From assembly GCA_030704615.1 (NCBI GenBank), contig JAKLZA010000287.1:1-5291 (forward strand): a DNA stretch of 5,291 nt, written 5' to 3'. The translations under genes and the position numbers were made by a program. The number at the start of each line of letters is the position of its first letter. Position 1 is the first letter of the stretch. The notes beneath the pieces were generated by a model. It made no database searches. It saw only the letters and a program-made list of their open reading frames with translations, and was not told the origin of the DNA. Below, in pieces: positions 1 through 5,291 of the stretch. The DNA is from Takakia lepidozioides (Eukaryota > Plantae > Bryophyta).

Positions 1-2125
1 TTCTATTGGCCACGATGATTTGTTGCAACTCCACGATGTGTTTCTCTTGATCAGCTTCCATCTGCCTGTATTGCTTGAAAGTATCTTCATTGCGACAGAT
101 TGTATTCTTCATATCGACAATGAGCTTCATTTGCTCACATTCTCTTCCTCTGCCTTCGTACATTTTTCCGCTTGACTGTTTATTTCTTTTGTTGATTGGT
201 CAAGCATAGTTGTAAATGTAGCACATTGTATCGCCATCCTGTTATGCACTGTCTGCAACTCCGTATGTAGTGCATTCAGTTCTTGCAACTTGCTTTCATG
301 CTGCACCTGCATTTGGTATAGCTGTTGCTTATGTGCTTCGTGCAACTGGTCTTGTGCGAGGCCTGCCTCAATCAATTGTTGCTTGGCCAACTGCAAAGCT
401 ATTTCTGTATTGCCCAAGTCCTGCTTCATCTTGAGAGTGACCTCTTCATCGACCTTGTTTGCACACTCAGTGGCAAGTCGAGCCTCAAACTCCTTCCTGA
501 GTTCCTCTTTCAAGGCTGTCAATTGGGTAATTGGAACATGGGATTTGACATAAGTCCCCAACAAATTAAGTGTCATGCCTATGGAACTCATCAGCATTGC
601 CTGTTGAGGGTCATCATGGTGAGGTTGCTGCTGTTCCTCCTGATCTTCAACAGTATGATGTCTCACTAACCATTCAGGCCATTGTCCCACCGGATTTTCT
701 TCCTGAACTACTTCATCTATCACCGGTGCTACAGTGCCATGACCTTCCGCCTGTGGTACCTCCGACACAGGTGTGTGTATTATATGCACCTCAGGATTTC
801 CCTTGGGCAACTGTTGCACCTCTGGAATTTCTGTCTCCTTGACCAGACCAGAATATTCATAGAGAAGGTCCCCTTTCTCTATTTCTGCCACTATTTGTTC
901 TGTAGTTGGAATATCTATCCCTTCACTTTCCAAATCAATTATTTCGGGTTGAGCTGCATGGATAACTTGTGACCTTGTGACAAGTCGTTCAAGTGGCTGT
1001 GTTGGCTGTGATGCAGAAGTAACTTCCTGCTCCCTCTCTGAAGGTCCTGCTTCCAGTAATAGCATTTGTCTGTGCTGCTGTGCCCCTTCCTGGCCATGAG
1101 CTTGGGAAACATTATCATGCGGAATCCGTGAAGCCAGTGGATCCGCCACTACAGTCTTTCCCCTTCTCTGCCTCTTAGTCTCGGGTTGTGCTGCTAGTCC
1201 ACCCTCACTGTGTGAAGAGCCTTGCTCTTCCATTGCAGTTGTTTCTGGCTCAAACACTCCCATTTCCTTCCTTTCTTGTGCATTAAGTATGCCAGAATTA
1301 AGGATTATTTGAGCAATGATTGGGCCAGACACTATGATAGGAGACTTTGCGGTAGTACCTTGTAATCTTTTCATCTCCTCTACTAGTGCGTTGTACATTA
1401 TGTCCGCCCATTGTACCTCTTGTCCCTTCAGGCCTTTGAGTATTTCCTCTGTGAAGGATCTGCTCAAATATTGTTGGTTCTGTTTCAGGGCAAACAGAAC
1501 GTTTAATACCTGGCCTAATCTCTTTTAACCCTGGGTACACAGCTTTGGTACAAGCATAACCCTGAGTTTTAAAGAAACTCCCTTCTTGGAATAAGTCCCC
1601 TATTTGCAGTCTTGCCCTGTGTTCCCCCACATGCACCTGACCTGCTGGCAATCGAAACAATTGCTGGAGGTATAGGGGAGTAATCATTAATTCAACTCCC
1701 TTCACTGTTGTTGTTCCTGTCCTTGGCTCAAAGTTCTGCAAAAATTGTAACATGTACTGTCTATGGTGTAGTGTCCAATCTAGGCTTTGCAATCCTTCCA
1801 ATCTCAGCTCCTCCAGTATCTTTATCGCCTGTGGGGTAGCCATCGTTTGTTTCTGCAGAATTGTGGTGCTCTTCACCCTGATTTCCTCCATTCCTCTCAC
1901 TCTCTTCATCTTAGACTCACAGAACTGCTTTGGCTGTAACAACTGCAGGAATGCCTGTAGTGCACAAAGCATAAACGTATGGTTGCCGCAGAAAGCTATG
2001 GGTAATCTCTTGTAAGCCTGCGGGGCTTGCAAGCATTGCTCAAGAGAAAAGCTCTGCTTTGTCGTTTCGTGTCTATGCACTGCGTAAGTAATATTGCGAG
2101 CGATATAGTCTGTTAGTTCCTCCAT
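1..2125 (-). CDS. Extra ORF in the env position: plant-transposon-protein/PMD-like domain, disordered linker and coiled coil; two apparent frameshifts (about 1520 and about 143), 3'-truncated by the window
   Basis: ORF 1298..2134 (first ATG 2125; alternatives 1909, 1891, 1843) overlaps ORF 127..1467, whose frame is open from 1524 (KRLGQVLNVLFALKQNQQYLSRSF...). A third frame is open from about 143 to base 1 (ECEQMKLIVDMKNTICRNEDTFKQYRQMEADQEKHIVELQQIIVANR) and continues the coiled-coil character. Confidence 0.75.
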
Positions 2126-2134
2126 AGTTTCCAA

Positions 2135-2530
2135 GTTATAGCATTTATGGCCGTCCTGTCGAGACGCCCGTTACTCAGAACGACGCCGCCTCTTGCGCTC
2201 AATTTCCCTCCATTTTCTTGATCATTTCTCTGGTTTTCATTGGCTGTATCTGCTGTGACTGGATTTAACTTTTATCTTCTTTAGTGGACTTTCCCTGTGG
2301 ATAGTCCACTAGGATCACACATGCGACATGAATTCGGTTTTCTGTACTTGCCGTTCGTTCCGTTTCCTTTTTCCGTATTCATTAATGGCCCGCCTTTCAT
2401 CCCTTTTGACGGCCGTTCTTGTCTTCTTTCTTTTTGACACCTGCCCTTGCACTTCATGTCTGCTGTGTGTCACGCCCTGACCTCCACGTGTCTATTTTTA
2501 AAGTAATTTCCGTTTCCTCTTCCGTCATCC
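2135..2530 (-). promoter_or_regulatory. Candidate internal promoter/regulatory region for the extra ORF
   Basis: Local CpG enrichment, G-box CACGTG at 2485-2490, five minus-strand AACGG cores, and weak TATA-like CATAAAT (2143-2149) and TATAAC (2135-2140). This is motif evidence only. Confidence 0.25.
2282..2311. other. Inverted repeat / stem-loop
   Basis: TAGTGGACT (2282-2290) pairs with AGTCCACTA (2303-2311). After one mismatch, TCC/GGA closes a 4-nt loop (2295-2298). Confidence 0.75.
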
Positions 2531-2876
2531 ATTTTCCTGAAGTTATTATGTGTCCACTTGCCACTGATTCTATGGATGGTGTAACTTTAGTAGGCTGTGT
2601 TGAGCCTGTGACAGGCTGTGTCATATGTGTTACCCTGTGATAGGCTGTGAGGCACTGTGGTAAGCTGTGATAGGCTGTGACACGCTGTGGTAGGTTGTTT
2701 ATAGGCTGTGTTGCGCCGTGGCTGGGCTGTGATAGGCTGTGTTGCGCTTGCTGGGCTGTGGTTGCTGTTGTGTCACGTCGTGATGGGCTGTGGTTGGCGG
2801 GTTGCGCCTTGGCGGGCTGTGATAGGCTGTGTCCCGTTGTTTTGCCCACCTGGTCGTATATGCGGGCTGAGAACAA
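2454..2876 (-). CDS. Doubtful 140-aa Thr/Gln/Pro/Ser/His-rich ORF across the repeat array; possible frameshifted pol C-terminal extension
   Basis: An open frame begins 8 nt after the inferred pol stop. It has a TTG start and no recognisable domain, and the repeat composition may explain why it is open. Confidence 0.2.
   Translation of the reverse strand: MFSARIYDQVGKTTGHSLSQPAKAQPANHSPSRRDTTATTAQQAQHSLSQPSHGATQPINNLPQRVTAYHSLPQCLTAYHRVTHMTQPVTGSTQPTKVTPSIESVASGHIITSGKWMTEEETEITLKIDTWRSGRDTQQT
2591..2840. repeat. Degenerate tandem array, about 10-bp unit (consensus TAGGCTGTGA on +) with a higher-order period of about 30-31 bp
   Basis: TAGGCTGTG starts at 2591, 2641, 2671, 2702, 2733 and 2823. 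The 10-bp phasing is clean over 2631-2700. The exact 19-mer GGGCTGTGATAGGCTGTGT occurs at 2724-2742 and 2814-2832. Confidence 0.9.
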
Positions 2877-2969
2877 GTGGTTCCTACTCCGTTCGTAACA
2901 CTGGTGCAGCCAGTGATGTTATTGCGGTTCTATATGCAATCATGCTCAGGGGTTTGTCATGGATACCAC

Positions 2970-3150
2970 TGAAACCCTTCAACTTATTGCATTGACTCTT
3001 CCCAGCATTTCTTTGTTAATGGTTTGTAACATAGCGGTGTTGTTATCATACATTTTGTATGACATTAAGGTCCTTTCCACGGTGATTTAAGCTTAGAAGC
3101 TTGATGAATTTCCTTTCTTCTGCAACCATAGAACCAAATCCCCCCGTCTT
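2970..3150 (-). other. Integrase C-terminal GPY/F-type module
   Basis: FKTGDLVLW..SKLKSPWKGP(Y)VI..YDNNTAML..GRVNxNKLK after bridging indels. WKGP is at 3068-3079. Confidence 0.8.
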
Positions 3151-3329
3151 AAAAGTCTTTAACTTGCCTTCCATCAAACTGTTCCTTTCGCTTTTCATCT
3201 GAATTCTGGTCATATTATCAGCTGCATCAGCACGTACTTCTTCCACATGGTATAATTCATGTTTCCTGACCTTGATGGAGTCTTGCAATTCCATTCTTTT
3301 CCCCACTCCGTTCTCATGGTAGGTAACAG

Positions 3330-3825
3330 GAATTCCACTGGAAGTAAGGCTTCCATACCATAAACTAATTGGAATGGTGTATACTTAGTGGTGACTTTAT
3401 ATGAAGTCCTGTATGACCATAAGCTGTCAGCAGCTTTGTATCCCAATCCGTTCTGTTTGCATTGACTATCTTAGCCAAGATAGTACATAGTATTTTGTTG
3501 GTAGCCTCTGCCTGCCCATTACCCGCGGGTAATATGTTGTACTCTTTCTATGCACAATCATAAACTCTTTAGTCAACAACTCAATGGTCTCATTCATGAA
3601 GTGACTTCCTTGATCACTGATAAATTCTAAGGGACAGCCAAATCGTGTAAGTATGTTCTCGTACAGGAACCTTGCTGTGGACTTGGCTGTGTTGTTCCCT
3701 CAAAGCTTTAGCTTCCACCCACTTTGTAGTATAATCAGTGGCTGTAATTATGTACCTGTTTCGTGTATTCTTGGATGGTGGATTAATTGGTCCAACAAAG
3801 TCTAGTCCCCATTTCTGAAATGGTT
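3330..3825 (-). other. Integrase catalytic core (rve, D-D-E)
   Basis: [12 protein letters not shown] (D 3800-3802), [17 protein letters not shown] (D 3613-3615), YYPxGNGQAEATNK (E 3506-3508), followed by LWSYRTSYKVTTKYTPFQLVYG. Confidence 0.95.
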
Positions 3826-3879
3826 CCGTAGGCATTGTAGGATGCAAGGCCATCCTCCAGATCTCTGCAAAGGTCCTAG

Positions 3880-4030
3880 CCTCTGACATTCATCACACTT
3901 CTGACAATACTCATGTACATCTTTGAACAAAGTAGGCCACCAGTATCCTGCGAGTAGTATCTTTCTACTGGTAGTCTCTTCTCCAAAATGACCTCCAGCA
4001 CTCCTTTATGAACTTCTTCCTCCAAGACTT
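3880..4030 (-). other. Integrase N-terminal HHCC zinc-binding domain
   Basis: [46 protein letters not shown]. His codons are at 4008-4010 and 3988-3990, and CDEC is at 3886-3897. Confidence 0.93.
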
Positions 4031-4309
4031 TTATTTACTCATGGTGGACAAAAGCATCGTTTTAGTACTCCATCAGGTCCTAACTTATACATTCTGCTTC
4101 CTACCATAGTATAAGGTAAAGCTTTGATAGCAATTCTCTTCCTCTGCTCCTTACCATAACTAAGTGGGCACTGACCATGAGCAAGGTAGTATCTGATTGG
4201 CCACTGCCAATCTAACCATTCTCTTCTGCACTTCCTTGCACCTCCATTATAATAAACTCGCATCAGGTAACTGATCGTCCACTCCTGTGGCGGCCTCTCC
4301 TGTTGTTTA

Positions 4310-4680
4310 GTCGTGACAATGATCTGCCACAAGATGCAAACGGCCAGGCTTGTAAATACCTGAACTCAAACTCATGCAAGATTATTAACCACCTCGCTAT
4401 CCTTTCCACTTATCAAAGTAAGGTTTGTTCACCAGATATATCAAGCCTGGTGATCCACATAAAACATAAACTTCTCTCCCAATGGTAATCCTGAATTTCT
4501 TGACTGCATAAATCATTGCAATGCTTTCTTCTCTTTCCGTTGTACTATAGTTCCTCTCAGCACTGTTCATCAACGCTAGCATAGTACACACAGGTGAATC
4601 TATATTCCCTGTAACATTCTGGGCTAAACACCGCACCCAACGCTTCTCCTCCTGATGCATCGCAGTGAACATGAAATACT
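4310..4680 (-). other. RNase H domain (Ty3/gypsy type)
   Basis: FHVHCDASG (DAS at 4653-4661), ALGAV, AERNYSTTERE, AMIYAVKKFR, FMFYVDHQ, IARWLIILHEFEF and YKPGRLHLVADH(L)SR are read on the minus strand across frame changes. Confidence 0.93.
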
Positions 4681-4689
4681 ACATGCCAG

Positions 4690-5291
4690 TGGGGTTAATC
4701 AGCACAGGTGTAGTTGTTACTTACTGACAGTGTAAGTTCCTCAAACGCCTGTTGACATTCAGCTGTCCAGCAAACACTGCATCTTTCTTCAGAAGCTTGC
4801 TCAATGGTGCTGCTATTTGTGCATAACATTTTACAAATCTTCTGTAATCACTGGTTTGCCCAAGGAATCTCCTAAACTCTTAACATTCACTGGTGGTGGA
4901 GAGCTTTAATGGACTCTGTCTTCCTGGGATCCACAAGAAGTCCCTTCTTACACACAATGTGTCCCAGAAGCACCCCTGAGTTCACACAGAAAGTACACTT
5001 CTCTGGATTCAAGCCCAGACCTCTCATCCTACATCTGGCCAGGCATAACTCCAATTTATGCAAGTGCTCATTCTTAGAGCTGTACACACTGAAATCATCC
5101 AAAACACCTGCATGAAATCATCCAGATACTCATGAAAAGCTTCACTTTATCACTCCTCTGAAAGGTCGCTGGTGCATTACAAAGTCCAAAGGGCTGACTT
5201 TTGATGCATAAGCCCCCAGTCTGTGATGAAAGCTGTTTCGCCCTTGGTCTTTTCTTCTGCCACTTGCACTTGATATAACCACTGAAGCCAT
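4690..5291 (-). other. Reverse transcriptase domain (C-terminal part, thumb and connection)
   Basis: Manual translation bridging indels: GFSGY(N)QVQVAEE..TAFITDWG(A)YA..PFGLCNAPATFQR..EAFHEYLDDFMQV(F)LDDFSVYS..LNPEKCTFCVNSGVLLGHIV..DPRK..RRFLGQTSDYRRFVKCYAQIAAPLSKLLKKD..WTAECQQAFEEL. The catalytic (F)LDD is at about 5094-5105. Confidence 0.95.

Larger units (their letters stand above)
1..5291 (-). mobile_element. Ty3/gypsy LTR retrotransposon, internal region (pol 3' part, spacer and extra ORF), plant non-chromovirus/Athila-like; runs off both window edges
   Basis: The minus-strand domain order RT-RNaseH-INT is diagnostic of Ty3/gypsy. Motifs DGFSGY, PFGLCNAPATFQR, LNPEKCTFCVNSGVLLGHIV, DDQLPDASL, GPDGVLKRC, AGYWWPTLFKD and WGLDFVGP resemble Athila-type plant elements. 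I see no chromodomain after INT and no additional RNase H between RH and INT. Confidence 0.95.
2884..5291 (-). pseudogene. pol: pol polyprotein (RT-RH-INT), 5'-truncated by the window and heavily frameshifted as given
   Basis: ORF fragments 4887..5102, 4397..4672, 4039..4332, 3614..3889, 3210..3446 and 3046..3306 join into one pol by 1-nt frame changes. The last reconstructed frame (GRVNxNKLKGFSGIHDKPLSMIAYRTAITSLAAPVLRTE) ends at TAG 2886-2884. This 3' end is uncertain, and the disruptions could be sequencing error rather than decay. Confidence 0.9.

Noticed and set aside
290-972. Plus-strand ORFs 290..553, 325..669, 570..842 and 682..972
   Set aside because: They are antisense shadows of the long minus-strand ORF, with Cys/Leu/Phe-rich composition as expected from the reverse complement of E/Q/K codons and no motifs.
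1316-2015. Plus-strand ORFs 1316..1528 and 1752..2015 (Cys-rich)
   Set aside because: They are short and antisense to the accessory ORF. The Cys richness comes from reversed CAA/GCA/ACA codons, not a credible zinc finger.
1-2125. Calling the extra ORF a true env glycoprotein or an SMC/myosin host gene
   Set aside because: No signal peptide or TM segment is visible, and there are no Walker motifs or motor domain. Similarity to SMC or myosin would be generic coiled coil only.
2418-2435. Purine-rich tract on the minus strand as the PPT or start of a 3' LTR
   Set aside because: It is interrupted and A-rich, is not followed by a recognisable TG-starting LTR, and 2 kb of coding sequence follows. 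The true PPT should lie left of the window.
2591-2840. CRISPR-like array
   Set aside because: The units are short, degenerate and contiguous, with no unique spacers and no cas genes. The context is a eukaryotic retrotransposon.
2419-2995. Plus-strand hydrophobic ORFs 2419..2640, 2677..2898 and 2708..2995 as membrane or antisense proteins
   Set aside because: They are products of the GT-rich repeat, which yields V/L/C/G/W codons and few stops.
3518-3533. Perfect 16-bp palindrome ATTACCCGCGGGTAAT
   Set aside because: It lies in the conserved integrase YYPxGNG codons, and its perfection depends on the apparent 1-nt deletion there, so it is probably coincidental.
4303-5115. Plus-strand ORFs 4303..4488 and 4909..5115
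   Set aside because: They are short antisense shadows of the RNase H and RT coding sequence.

Overview
The whole window reads as the internal 3' half of a plant Ty3/gypsy LTR retrotransposon on the minus strand. It looks like a non-chromovirus, Athila-like or related early land-plant lineage. From right to left: (1) pol, about 5291-2884, with RT, RNase H and integrase (HHCC, D-D-E, GPY/F-type C-terminus). All catalytic motifs can be recovered, but roughly 20 or more single-base indels, many at base runs, break the frame. (2) A spacer of about 750 bp holding a degenerate 10-bp/30-bp tandem array, a CpG-rich patch, a same-strand AACGG cluster and a 30-nt hairpin. (3) A long same-sense extra ORF in the 'env' position, from about 2125 to beyond base 1 (at least 700 aa if two frameshifts are bridged). 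It has no envelope hallmarks. It has a plant-transposon/PMD-like N-terminal domain, an acidic disordered linker with NLS-like and SIM-like motifs, and a long coiled coil. No LTR, PBS, PPT, gag or protease lies in the window. All family assignments come from motif recognition by eye; no database search was run.
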